Numbered from the stretch's first letter, positions 1 to 13,239 are shown. The stretch: 37,731 nucleotides of DNA from Octopus bimaculoides (GCF_001194135.2 NC_068988.1:25265740-25303470); one strand, 5' to 3'. A program made the numbers and translations. The notes: generated by a model from the letters alone, not told the origin.

Positions 1-111
<111 letters not shown>

Positions 112-933
112 TAATATCGTTGTTGTGTTGTATTATTGTTGTGTTTTGTTGTGTTGTTGTGGTTGTTGTTTATGTTATTTGTCGTCAGGCACTCGCTGCT
201 CTCTACCAGTCAGGCAATACGGTCGGTAGAATTTTACGGTAACATTGTATAGAGATCTAGAGGTGGATAAGGGCGACTCCTTTCTCAGGGAGACTCTAGG
301 CTTCCACGCGGATGTATCGACTGGTAAATTTCGGAGAACTTTCGGGCCCGGTACTGCCATGGATAGTTTCCAGAAATCTTTGGCCTGACAGTGCTACCGA
401 GGAGTTCTACCAGTTAGGGATAAGCTTTACTGGCACGGATGCTGTCAGGCGCGACTGTCTAAGTTGTTAACAGGGCAACGAAAGCTTTTTGCAAAGTACT
501 AGTGCAGTGTTCGTGTGTTGTAGATTTGTGTAGTTATGGAGAACAGTTGTTATCACCTGTGGGACGACTCCGACTATCGGTCGAATCCATCCTGAAGTTC
601 GTTCGTCCTACCACCGACGTTTAACACGTTTTCCTCTCGTAGTAGCTATGGCAAAAGTGAGTGTGTTGTGGATGACGCTGAAAGGATTAAGGAAAGACAC
701 ATTTCCTCTTCGGTCAAGCTTACTACTACTTTTTAAAATTCCACTTGGAAAGGAAAGAGAGGAGGCAGAGAGAGAACTATTACTTGCCAGTGATTTTTTT
801 GTCAGTGACTGATTAAACTGAATTGAGGGAATGACCCTACTAAAAGTTCGAGTTTGTAGAACGGAGAGCATGAGAGAGAAGCTCATACTTGTGGTGGTTA
901 GGGTAATTCTGAAATTATGAGGTTTCTAGATAG

Positions 934-934
<1 letters not shown>
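112..934 (-). mobile_element. Probable retroelement-derived segment (possibly the 5' region of a TAA-targeting LINE)
   Basis: GC- and CpG-richer block bounded on both sides by (TTA)n, ending on the minus strand in an AAC/AAT-rich tract. No diagnostic domain recognised. Confidence 0.3.

Positions 935-1027
<93 letters not shown>
935..1027. repeat. (AAT)n followed directly by (TAT)n: spacerless palindrome
   Basis: Direct reading; centre aatt at 965-968. Confidence 0.95.
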
Positions 1028-1028
<1 letters not shown>

Positions 1029-1968
1029 GTGCCTAGAGTCGAAAAAATATTACTATTATCATTATTATTACTATGATTATTATTATTATTAATAGTAGTA
1101 ATATTAATAAGCTGTTACATGCGATTTTAATTACGGAAGATGTTTTTCTTAAAGTTAGGTAGCAAGAGGTTACCTCAAATACGGAGGAAATTTTATAGGG
1201 TTTATTGCGCTCGGTCTCGGGTACTGAATACAAACCTCGAAACTCGAGTGATAGAGAGTCGATTCAGCTACTCTGCTAGCGTGAGTAAAGCTCCCTTTAT
1301 GTTAATTTGCTGTAAGAAACTTGAAAATTTAATACAGACAGCAGAAGTACCAGCAACAGTAGTTCTCTGATCCTGTTCTTCCAACAGCATCTTCTGAATA
1401 TCTGGAAATGATACAAGAGATCACCGCATCCACAACCTGAGAACGTAATGCGGAAGATGTCGCACGGTTCGAATAATTGGATGCTAGAAAGTCACAATGG
1501 CAGGAATAAAAGATACGAATAAATACTCTTCTAAAAGATAAATGAAATAGAATAATCCAAGAGAATGTTTAAAGGCATGAAAAAGTGTTCATTGAACATG
1601 ACATCACATGGAGCAATGAAGACAAATTATTGACAGATAGGGAGAAAGATGACGAAGAGAGAAGTGGTGACTGGGGATATGGACTTCGAAATGGTGAAAA
1701 ACTCGAGTGATAAGCTATTAGTGAAGAGCACACCAGTACCCACGTATTCAGTGGACAACAATAAGATCTGTAGTATTTATACCTCAGGTTGCTCAAGCTG
1801 GAGTTTTTTCATAGTAACCATTGTAAAACTCTACCTTGTGCCGCCGTTTAATATCATTATCTAACTGTTCTCAAACATCACTTGTTTACATACGTATGAT
1901 TTACTATAAACATTACTCGAGATTTCAAGATATCAAACTTAGGATGATATCTCTTATATAAAATAGTC

Positions 1969-1976
1969 ATGTGTGC

Positions 1977-2057
<81 letters not shown>

Positions 2058-2627
2058 TATNNNNNNNNNNNNNNNNNNNNNNNNNNNNNNNNNNNNNNNN
2101 NNNNNNNNNNNNNNNNNNNNNNNNNNNNNNNNNNNNNNNNNNNNNNNNNNNNNNNNNNNNNNNNNNNNNNNNNNNNNNNNNNNNNNNNNNNNNNNNNNNN
2201 NNNNNNNNNNNNNNNNNNNNNNNNNNNNNNNNNNNNNNNNNNNNNNNNNNNNNNNNNNNNNNNNNNNNNNNNNNNNNNNNNNNNNNNNNNNNNNNNNNNN
2301 NNNNNNNNNNNNNNNNNNNNNNNNNNNNNNNNNNNNNNNNNNNNNNNNNNNNNNNNNNNNNNNNNNNNNNNNNNNNNNNNNNNNNNNNNNNNNNNNNNNN
2401 NNNNNNNNNNNNNNNNNNNNNNNNNNNNNNNNNNNNNNNNNNNNNNNNNNNNNNNNNNNNNNNNNNNNNNNNNNNNNNNNNNNNNNNNNNNNNNNNNNNN
2501 NNNNNNNNNNNNNNNNNNNNNNNNNNNNNNNNNNNNNNNNNNGCCGTCTTCAGCTCTATGTATTTGTAGTCAGTCACACACGCACACGTGTGTTTTTGTA
2601 TGTACCTTTGTATACATTTATGTATAT

Positions 2628-2712
<85 letters not shown>
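1969..2712. repeat. (GT)n and (GA)n microsatellites around gap 2061-2541
   Basis: Direct reading. Confidence 0.9.
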
Positions 2713-2717
<5 letters not shown>

Positions 2718-3754
2718 AGGTGTGCTGTCATGCATACGTACATACAGAAATACGTATGCATACAAGTTTTCTGTATATATGTATGAGTGAGTGTGTGTGT
2801 GTAAGAGACAGGGAGAGAGAGAGAAAATGATGTCTAAGTGGCACACTATCTCTCTCTTACACACACGCACACACATACATACAAAAAGCTGTATGCATAT
2901 TTATTTATCTATGTACATGTCAGCACAAGGAGCAGGGCAATTTTGTTTCTTGATGCTCCTGTTGGCACAGGTAAAACATTTGTAACAACATTGCTTCTCT
3001 CCAAGATAAGGCAACAAAGAAGAAATGCAGTTGCCGTAGCATCGTCTGGCATTGCTTCCACCATTCGTCCAGGAGGACGACCAACTTATTCTGCTTTTAA
3101 ATTACTGCTAAACCTGGTCACAAATGATAATCCAATTTGTAACATAAGCAAAGGTTGCGGTCCGGGTGAAGTGTTGCGCCAATGCCACCCGATCATTTAG
3201 AATGACTGCACCATGACACACAGAGGTGCAATGGAGGCTCTTGATAAGATCTTACAGGGCATACAAGGCAACAATAAATCTATGGGAGGAGTTACATAAG
3301 TTTTATCATGAGATTTCGAACGGACATTACCAGCCATTCCGAGACGAACAAGATCGGATGGAATAAAAACATCGAATAAGTCTCCACACCTATGGAATAA
3401 CGTACAGAAATTCTCCTTCAGTGCTAATGTGTGAGCTTTATTACATGGGGACCAATGTGCAGAGCAGTAGTTAACCTAACCCCTCCAATTAGGAAATGGG
3501 TATGCTGATATCAATTTGACTATATTGCTATTATGCTTTGAAATCTACTGGTTTGCACTTAATTGAGCCTTGCCTTTTTCATGGTCAGCTTAATTTTGGT
3601 TGCTTTAGAGTTGATAGTTTGCAAAACGAATTTATCAAACCAGAAAACAAAGCATGTTGTTTACCCACAAGCTCTCGCGTAACTTACTTCATTATATGTG
3701 ATAGAGTTTATCTCCCTACATAAAAGTGGCAAATTTTGTATTTTCGCTATTTGT

Positions 3755-3767
3755 TATTATTGTTATC

Positions 3768-3832
<65 letters not shown>

Positions 3833-3836
3833 CATT

Positions 3837-3867
<31 letters not shown>

Positions 3868-3975
3868 CCGTCACTACCATCATCATCATTATTATTATCA
3901 TCAGCATCATCATCATTATTATTATTATTGTTATTATTATTATTATTATTATTATTGTTATTATTATTATTATTA
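3755..3975. repeat. Compound (TTA)n/(TCA)n microsatellite
   Basis: Direct reading. Confidence 0.97.
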
Positions 3976-4516
3976 TTCTTTTATGTTTGACTTTTGCTTT
4001 GCATTTGTACAAGTTGGCTCCAGGTCACCCCCAGAGACCTCAAGAGACAACAAGTTAGAAGTTCATGTAGGTGTTATGCCTACAGTTCCATATATTTGGT
4101 TTTGTACATAGTGTTGTTCTAGGAAATGTTTAAGGAACCGTAAGAAAATTATGTATTTGCTTTAAAATTTGAGATTGCATAGTCAGTATTTTACGTAGGA
4201 TATGGGCAGTTCCCATGAGCACTATCTTTTGAATTTCTGCCAATTTGGGGTTTCCTTGTATCTGGGCTAGGTAGCAATCAGTCCCTTTTGCTATCATTCA
4301 TTCCTAGGGCACCTATGACAACAAGTATTGTTTTAGTTTTCAGGTTCCACATTTTGTTAATTTCCATTTCAAGATCTTTATACTTGCTCAGTTTCTGGGA
4401 AATTATGACAGATACGTTTAAATCGATTGGGACAGTCATTTCAATGAGGAGGCATGATTTTTGTCTTAAGTCTTTCAATATGATGTCTGGCCTATTTGCA
4501 TCTATCTTTCTATCAC
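3976..4516 (-). mobile_element. 5'-truncated R4/Dong-type non-LTR retrotransposon (RLE domain, 3' UTR) inserted in a (TAA)n microsatellite
   Basis: Minus frame DRKIDANRPDIILKDLRQKSCLLIEMTVP...KLSKYKDLEMEI...VIGALGM (PD-(D/E)xK-type RLE). After a frameshift it continues EIQKIVLMGTAHILRKIL. The 3' UTR runs into (AAT)n, and (TTA)n flanks both sides on the + strand. Confidence 0.85.

Positions 4517-4585
<69 letters not shown>
4517..4585. repeat. (TTA)n microsatellite, 5' flank of the Dong-like insertion
   Basis: Direct reading. Confidence 0.97.
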
Positions 4586-4586
<1 letters not shown>

Positions 4587-5899
4587 GATTGTATTATGAA
4601 TTCAGAATTGCTTTCCCAATTGATGAATGAAATAAATCTAGAATGACAAATATTTTGCTTTTTCTTCCAATATATAAGGAATAATTTCATTGCCGGGCAA
4701 CGCCGTGTGCTTCTGCTAGTAGTTAATATAACGGGAAGTTTGGTATATAATAAGTATTATATTAATAGGCATACAAGAGAAATGTTTTAATGCAGTGGCG
4801 AAAGCTGATTGCGTATTATGAAGCAACACACATGTAGTGAATATGTTTTTTAGACGCCCGACAAGATGCCGATTTTGTCTCGAGTAAAATAAAGGTTCAT
4901 TAGCGAGAAGTTCTAGAAAAAGTCTAAGAGTTATTCAAAGAAGTTTCTTCATCATAATTAATACACTGCAGAACGTAGTTATTTCTTTGTGTAACACTTT
5001 AAATTTTGAGAGGAAAACTACTGTAATCTCATCGAATGTCTAATGTACGGTAGTGAAATATAATATAAATGAGAATTCAAATATACTTACTATCAAAGAA
5101 ACTTAGTTTGTAACAGCTGTAGATGCATAGCACTTATACTTATAATGAAGTAATTTGCATTGTGTAATGAATAGCCAGAGTGATCGCACTGTTATCGATA
5201 GATCTTCTTCAATCTAATATGTTATCATGTTTGTAGATCAATAATAGCTATGATAAGATATTCAGTATAACCAAGATAAAGCCAAGATTTTCATGTTCTA
5301 AAGTTTTTGCATGTTCCATTAATCATTTTAATTTCAGAGACCTGTCCAATAGCAATAATATAATTCTTCTCTATACTTCTGAAAGCATTTACTCTAAATA
5401 ATTGCTCCTTAACGGTAATCTTCTTTCGAAATTTCTTATCAATTCTTCCGAAGTCCAGCAATCATTATATTATTTATTAACTGAATCACAAATACTTATA
5501 TTTGCTGACGTATTATCGCTTTAACATTATATTTTCTCATAATACTCTTACATTTAAGCAACTGAATGTCAGTTCTTCGTATAAATCTTCAAATGCGCCA
5601 AGTTTTTAAAGAAAATATTGTCAGTTATGGTTTTCTTGTGTACAAGGTAATTATCTTTCAAGTCAACGATATGAGCCTTGTTTAATGAGTATCGTTGAAA
5701 TAATTTCGAGATAGCAACGGACTCAATCAAAGTACCGATTGCCAAACGAATGTAGATATTCATCTATATTTCACTTTCAAAATTACGTAAATAACAAACA
5801 CTTGATTGAAACAGAGAAATCAAAAGAAATAGGATAGTTTGATACCTCTTTCAACTCGTATATTTATGGCAGTTTATTAATTGGGTTATATCCCAGCGT

Positions 5900-6284
5900 G
5901 GAGGCGCAATGGCCCGTGGTTAGGGGAACGGACTCGCGGTCATAAGTTCGCGGTTTCGATACCCAGACCGGGCGTTGTGAGTGTTTATTGAGCGAAAACA
6001 CCTAAAGCTCCACGAGGCTCCGGCAGGGGATGGTGGCGAACCCTGCTGTAATCTTTCACCACATTTTCTCTCACTCTTTCTTCCTGTTTCTTTTGTGCCT
6101 GTAATTCAAAGGGTCAGCCTTGTCGCACTGTGTCACGCTGAATATTCCCGAGAACTACGTTAAGAGTACACGTGTTTGTGGAGTGCTCAGCCACTTGCAC
6201 TTTAATTTCACGAGTAGGCTGTTCCGTTGATCGGATCAACTGGAACCCTCGACGTCGTAAGCGACGGAGTGCCAACAATAACAA
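5900..6284 (+). mobile_element. Full-length tRNA-derived SINE (family C here) with 8-bp target-site duplication
   Basis: A-box-like tggcccgtgg and B-box-like ggtttcgatacc in the head, and 3' stem-loops gttgatc-g-gatcaac and cgtcg-taag-cgacg. TSD atcccagc at 5890-5897 and 6288-6295. A second copy lies at 25459-25838. Confidence 0.88.
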
Positions 6285-6391
6285 AAAATCCCAGCAAGCG
6301 CTGTTATTATTTTTTATAAACATATACATCTCTGCATGCATAAAATTTGATTTGTACACACACACACACAGACACAAGTATATATATACAG

Positions 6392-6566
6392 ACGAACAGA
6401 CAGAGAGTCAGACAGACAGAGAGTCAGACAGACAGAGAGTCAGACAAACAGAGAGTCAGACAGACAGAGAGTCAGACAGACAGAGAGTCAGACAGACAGA
6501 GAGTCAGACAGACAGATAACTATATATATATATATATATATAGATAGATAGATAGATAGATGGATG

Positions 6567-6643
<77 letters not shown>
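6392..6643. repeat. 16-bp minisatellite (CAGACAGACAGAGAGT)n followed by (TA)n and (TAGA)n
   Basis: Direct reading; about 7-8 units of the 16-mer. Confidence 0.93.
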
Positions 6644-7282
6644 GGCATATATATTCAACATATGTATAGATGTTGTATCCATAAGCCAAGGATATAATTG
6701 CTTGTAATTCAGTTGTATTTTAATCAAATCCTTTCCCCCGTAAGCGACAAAATCTACTTTCTTTCATTTGAAAAACTATTAAATCGTAAACAAAAATGAT
6801 TCTATTCGCAGAAGCGTTTAATATAATTTTGAAGTATTATCATTCTATGCTTATCATAGACAAATTTATGATTTCCTGTTTCCTTAGACGCTGGTGGGTT
6901 AGCAATGAATAATTTAGAGAAAGGGTTCGTGATCTTTCTGCTTGCAATAAATTAGGCAAAACTATTGGGTTTTGCTTATGAAATAAACAAATCCAGAAGC
7001 ACGTGAAATGGAAAATATTGTTTTACTTCCATTCAAATTTTATAACGTCACCTCACTTTATAAATATAAATGAATATAAATACAGTGTTGATTGACGGGG
7101 AAAAAACATAGTGCCAACAACTAGAGATATGCATAGATGTAAGTATGAGATGGAAATATGAAGAATTTATCAGCTACTTAAATATATATATATATATATT
7201 TTATCAAGAAGCCAGTGTGTAAAAAAATCCATAAGGCAAATTTCTATTCCCAAGAATATAATTATACGTTTATATTTATATA

Positions 7283-7428
7283 AGGGGCATTACTACAGAC
7301 TAATATTGAGTTATTTAAAAGAAAGGTGGTTTTCTTCTGTTGGTTGTGTTTCCACGCATTCGGTACTAAAAATGTGTTTATTTTGAGAAGTCCACTGTGT
7401 GGCATTATTATTCTGTAGTAATGCCCCT
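7283..7428. mobile_element. MITE of about 146 bp with terminal inverted repeats and TA flanks (Tc1/mariner-type)
   Basis: Left end ta|aggggcattactacagactaat and right end attattctgtagtaatgcccct|ta: 17-bp perfect TIR core that extends to ~22 bp with one mismatch. Confidence 0.8.
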
Positions 7429-7486
7429 TATATATATATATATNNNNNNNNNNNNNNNNNNNNNNNNNNNNNNNNNNNNNNNNNNN

Positions 7487-7523
<37 letters not shown>

Positions 7524-8454
7524 ATATATGGCGTATTATATTCGTATCGACGTACCATGCTTAAAGTCAGAATATTCACACTTTCAAGAACTCAACTTAC
7601 ACATTAATTCCGATAAACTTTAATTTCTGCCTGTGCCGTGATATCCATTAATCTGAGAGTAAGTTTCTAAAATAACGCTTATTAAAAAAAAAAAAGACTC
7701 TATACACATTCTTTTCCACATTCCGCATATATAGAGAAAGTATCGTTTGACTGCTTTGCTCCTTAAATTTTACTATTTTGCCCGTTATTCTTCTCATCTC
7801 GCAGACTGTACAGAAAATTTGATCTGAATACGGAACATTCTTGGAAGCTTTGTCAATTTTTCTTTGCCTGAGGAGTTTATCTAAATAGAATTGAAAGTTA
7901 TGAAATTACGTTCTTCGCATTTCATTCAGCTTTATGTTTTACTGTTTCGAGAAAATTGAAGGAAAATAGAAGTGAGAAATTTTATGCGACTTGACTGTTT
8001 ACTCCTAGTTCCAAAACTAAAAACCAAATAACATTTATATACAGAGGTAAGAAATATGATAAAATAAAATTCAAAAAAGAGATTTTGAAATTTCACCTTG
8101 AATGATTTGGAAACATGTTTATACATACATTCATGTAATCCAGATGTGGAAAAACAGCGTTTAAGCAAGAAATGAAATAATCACAAATGTTATGATGAAA
8201 TATAATAGAAAAAGGGATTAAAAAAATTAAGCAAAGAAAACGGCTCTCTATGATGAATACTATATCTAAAATATTTGTTGGTGTGTCGTTAAAACATCAT
8301 AATTTCATTAAACATTTATGAATTAGCTGAGCTGCAATTTCAGATATTTTTTTTCTTTCAAAAGAGAGATCAGACGTGAAAAGGGAGATAATCTACGAAC
8401 ACAGACTAAAATGAGAAAACATGACGGTACAACAAAAGTAAAAACCTAATGCAC

Positions 8455-8562
8455 TGTCTCTCTCCTCTCTTCTCCTCTCTCTCCTCTCTTCTCCTCTCTC
8501 TCCTCTCTTCTCCTATCTCTCCTCTCTTCTCCTCTCTGTCTCTCACTCTCTCTCACTCTCTC
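8455..8562. repeat. Polypyrimidine tandem repeat (~19-bp unit CTCCTCTCTTCTCCTCTCT)
   Basis: Direct reading. Confidence 0.85.
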
Positions 8563-8665
8563 TATATAGTAGAACACATCTTCCCAGTGTGCCGCGCAAT
8601 GACACTGAACCCAAAACTACATGGTTGAAAAAAGTACCTTCTTAACCGCACAGACATGCCTGTGA
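8562..8665 (-). mobile_element. SINE family A tRNA-like head, diverged
   Basis: Minus strand cacaggcatgtctgtgcggttaagaagg...aaccatgtagttttgggttcagtgtcattgcgcggcacactgggaagatgtgttctactata overlaps the pattern of 27319-27370. Confidence 0.55.
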
Positions 8666-8706
8666 CGAGTATAAAAAAATCTCACCCTGACAGCCGTACT
8701 TTGTGC

Positions 8707-8748
<42 letters not shown>

Positions 8749-10187
8749 CTGTATGTGTATGTGTGTGGGTTGGTGCATTTGTGTACGTGTGTGCGTGCGT
8801 GTGTGTGCGTGTGTGTATGTGTGTGTGCATGCGTGCAAAAATTTTCAGTCAATTGTCATTGCAATTTCAGGTAAACAGCAAGATATATTTGATTCTTTGC
8901 AGGAATACGTTACAACTCCCATTATGATATATTGGTTTAAAATAGACTTTGTAGAAGTGTGGAGACAAACACTCGTATCTCAAATATTCGCAAATTTCCT
9001 TAATAAGTAGTGTTCACTGATAGGATCAATAGTTTGCTGAAGGTGAATAGATAATCCAAAAAATACTAACCTAAGTCAACCATTTTTTCTAAACAAGACC
9101 CTATTATATAATACTCCTTGATCATTTTGTTGAAATCGCAGCTGTAGGTTAAAAACGATTTGTTTTACTATTTTCGCTAATGCCAAACCGCAGATGTCTG
9201 CTGCTCACGCTATTGAATTTTCTTTTACTTCAAAGTGATTGAAGTTGAGGTATCATAGTTTGTACCGGCCAGTGAATGAGACATATAAAGAGAAACAATA
9301 ATGGCAAGAGAGAGAGATAGACAGACACGCAGAAAGCTCTAAAAGAAGCGATAGTATGAGAGTTAGAGGGAGAGAGAGACACAGACAGAGAAACAGACAG
9401 ACTGAGATTCATCGCGACGATTAGTTACTTCATTTTAGTTGATACAAAAAACAGGTTACAATTCTAATAAATAGTGAACGTTAATGTTTCTTGTCATCTG
9501 GATTTGAGTTTTCTGTTTAGATTTCTACTAAACTCACACACACTCACATGCACATACACACACACTCACACATACACACACGCACGCATGCACATATATA
9601 CACACATATACTTCTATGGATTATATATTATATATAAATTGTCACAAATACATATATAAAGCCTGAACTGAATATTGCAAATGATCATCGATGTATTTGG
9701 TTTGTTTCATACCAAGGAAATCTACAATTTAAAATCCCTTTTGTCATTTATATCCCGCACTTTTGAGTATATCGGTCATTAAGTGTATGTCGAAGACAAA
9801 AGAGAACATACAGAAATGCAGTAGAATTGCATATGCGGAAATGTCATCTAATGCACTTTAAAAAGTTATGCAACAATTGGGGATCAATGCAGTTGTTATT
9901 TCTAGCAAATTGAGTCTTCCCCCCTTATCTCGTTTGGGAACGTCCATATTCTGTCAAGTGATTACGAACATTGCGATTATTTCCCCTCTCTCTCTGTGTA
10001 ACATGCTTTTATCTAAGGCAATATTTGCGACTGGCAATCGAAATCGTTTGACTATCTTATGGCATCAGAATCGTGAGCCTCTACATCAGCAAAGACTGCT
10101 TTAATTCATATATTTTTAGCTCTCTATACCATTAACCTTGCTTGTGTGTATCACTTGCTCTCTCACAAGTTACAACAGATATATATG

Positions 10188-10244
<57 letters not shown>

Positions 10245-11195
10245 TTGTGTGCGTGCGTGTGTGCGTTGTGTGTGTGCGAGCGTGCGTTGTGTGTGTATGT
10301 ATATATAAATACATACATATATNNNNNNNNNNNNNNNNNNNNNNNNNNNNNNNNNNNNNNNNNNNNNNNNNNNNNNNNNNNNNNNNNNNNNNNNNNNNNN
10401 NNNNNNNNNNNNNNNNNNNNNNNNNNNNNNNNNNNNNNNNNNNNNNNNNNNNNNNNNNNNNNNNNNNNNNNNNNNNNNNNNNNNNNNNNNNNNNNNNNNN
10501 NNNNNNNNNNNNNNNNNNNNNNNNNNNNNNNNNNNNNATATATATATATATATATACATATGCCTTCTTCCTTAATCGCTACCTATAGTAAAAGAAATAA
10601 TGCGTGATTCTTACAAATATTATTTGTAATATATTATTTTATTTCAAATGATATTAACATATCATATAAAATTATGATTTGGGAAATGTACTACAATCAT
10701 TTTGACCATAGGAACACTTGTAAACGGAAAGAAAATGCAAGTAATATTATTTAAACAAACAGCATATAGCAGGAAAACAAGCTGCAATAATAAAAAAAAA
10801 ACATGTTTACAAAGCTTCAATGTGCTAATCAAATTCACCACTGACAGATAAAATAACTATAAAGAGAACGAAAGTGCTAGAAATGTGTTTTACGAAATAT
10901 ATATTAAATATATTAATTCAAAATAGAGGACTGAAAATAGAAAAGTAAAGAAAAGAAAGCACGGTCTCTCAACACGTAAGCTGCAAAAGTAAACACTTAG
11001 GGCAATACCATAATAATTTCGTAAATTAATGAAATTATGACACTAGACAAGCAGAAGACATGAAAATTACTCATCCGAAATATGGAGGAAAGCGACTGCT
11101 AAATAAAATATAAATATAGTGGACACCTAAAAATTAATAATCAAATAAACAATATTACACTGCTGTCACGATGCATCTGAAGATAACACATAACA

Positions 11196-11272
<77 letters not shown>

Positions 11273-11363
11273 TGTGTGTGTGTTTGTATGTGTGTGTGTG
11301 TGTATAAATATGCATATATATATTCACATATATATATAAGTATATATATACATACACACACAT

Positions 11364-11397
<34 letters not shown>

Positions 11398-11479
11398 GAT
11401 TTAGATAATGTATGATTTAGATAATTAACTGATATTTTAGATAAAGACGTACATTCGATGTCAAAGAGTTTGGAGAGAA

Positions 11480-12100
11480 GAAGGCCACTGGAGAGAAATA
11501 AATAAACAATCTAATAAGCTGGGAGAATATAAAGAAATGAAGAAGAATCGGCTAAAAGTGGACACTGGAAGATTCGTGATTGCTGCACAAAATCAATATT
11601 TACCAACAAGAAAATAGTTGCAACGTATAGTAAAGCAGAAAAAGCAACAGTGAAGTTAAATTATTCAGTAGTCAATGAGAAACAATAGATCAAATTGTCT
11701 CGGACTTCCTAGACATTGTCAAGTACATCCACATATATGATAAATATCATGAGTTAGTTCAATTAATCTTTTGTTAAGCCTAGAAGATTGAATAAAGAAG
11801 CGGTGCTCAGAATATAGATTACGTTATTTCATAAAACATCTGAGAATAGGTGGACCAAAGTTATTCGACTGCTGGAACTCATATGCAAAGATTTCTTGTT
11901 AACATATTAATTTATTTAGTTATATCAAGATACGTTAATGAAAGGAAAGGAAATTCTAATTACAAGGATTCAAATCTCAGAAAATATAACCTATATAAAA
12001 CATTATGGTGAATATAAAAAGTTGTTTGGAAATATATTCGGGGCTAAGGATTAACTTTACATATCAACACTGTGCTTAACTTCAGAGCTTACATGAAACA
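11480..12100 (+). mobile_element. Old degenerate R4/Dong-like LINE relic (post-RT / zinc-knuckle region)
   Basis: LKVDTGRFVIAAQNQYLPTRK* and, after a frameshift, ETIDQIVSD...YIHIYD resemble LKxETEGFIIAAQDQxL and ETIDHIVSGCxxL...HRHD of this clade. Many stops; boundaries approximate. Confidence 0.6.
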
Positions 12101-13239
12101 GATGTTCCATCTTGAGGAAAATAGTACAATAAGTAAATTCATGACTAAATAATATCAACGTGAAAATAATAGCAAGAAAGTAAGATTAAATACTATGTAA
12201 AAGTATGTAAGATCACAAGGAAACAATAGTTAGTGTGTATCAGGCCCCTTCAATTGGTGCTGATATCATTCAGCTCACTTACAGTAAAACCAAACTCTGG
12301 ATAAATTTAATTTTATCTCTTATAAATGAGATTATACGAACCAATGTCATAAGTTTTGCAGTATGCCTTGATCCGTCTAGTTGCGCTTAGTTTCCGTGGT
12401 TCAAATATCAAAAAGTACTCTGAGTCTCGAGCAGGACTACCACTGATAAGGAGATATACCATGGATTTAAAGTTGCAAAATCGACGCTAATTTGAGTTAT
12501 GATAATAAAAAAAACAAGTATGATTAAATATATGACAATAGCCATAATTTGGTGAGTAGAATGACTGTTTTATAAATATACTGTCACATTTTGTAATAGA
12601 TTAGGTTATTTCACCTTCCCATGGCAAGGAAAAGTAGCAAAAATTTGGAACTTCTTTTCACAGAAATCCTCTAGAGAGACATGATTGTACACTGCACTCC
12701 AAAGCCAACATCATTAATCTGATTTAGATAGAATATACTTATTCGAAAATAAAAAGTATCTAATAATAGAACCATTTTTTATATAAACTTACTAAGAAGA
12801 AAGCAAATACATAGGTATTTATACAAGGGTATATGAAAACTTTTTTCTACCTTATAAAGAAACAGTAAAGCAAATGTTAGAAGGCAATTATACAGAGGAA
12901 TATATTTAGATAATTGCAGCACAGCATAACATAAATAAAAAAAATCGAAGTAGAACTCAAACAGAACTGAAACAGAAATAGATAAATTCATGCAAGAATC
13001 ACAGCAAAACAATTTCTTGGTCAGTAGTTTGCAGAATATGAGGGAAATTTAGTGATGCTAATATAAAATCCAACAATTAATGTAAAAATATACACAAAGA
13101 GTGTTTAGCTGAATAAGATCAATGCATAGCTACAATAACTACCGAAAATAGTATAACAAAACGAGACGGCAATGTGAAATCCAAACTTGGCAATGAACGT
13201 AAAGAATTAACTAGCCGCATCATTTTCTGTTATCGCAAA

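Larger units (their letters stand above)
2916..4719 (+). mobile_element. Decayed, internally deleted Helitron: PIF1-like helicase fragment and 3' terminus
   Basis: Walker A FLDAPVGTGKTF, then VASSGIAST, a motif II region with a stop (II*NDCTM), GGVT*VLS*DF and a motif V/VI remnant (HGQLNFGCFRV, ~3540-3690). The 3' end has a short GC hairpin gccgggcaacgccg (4692-4705), then CTAG (4716-4719) and T. Confidence 0.85.

Noticed and set aside
121-934. Possibility that this block is a reversed-not-complemented assembly artefact (SPGHDG appears in the direct complement)
   Set aside because: That frame stops shortly afterwards and no other RT motifs appear; neighbouring repeats read in normal orientation.
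1954-2786. Long ORFs made of X runs and CV/HT/YI dipeptides (also 10142-10607, 18405-19366, 19591-20253, 27315-27782, 31749-32236, 34862-35335)
   Set aside because: Translation artefacts of N-gaps and dinucleotide microsatellites.
3698-4111. Poly-Y/H/I/L ORFs (also 15347-15616, 15750-16034, 36846-37206)
   Set aside because: Trinucleotide microsatellites open in several frames, with no splice or domain support.
5900-5975. tRNA-like sequences (also ~8600-8665, ~23030-23100, ~25765-25838)
   Set aside because: They are SINE heads attached to repeat bodies and lack a complete cloverleaf.
6392-6515. Regular 16-bp repeats as a possible CRISPR-like array
   Set aside because: No unique spacers; a simple minisatellite in a eukaryote.
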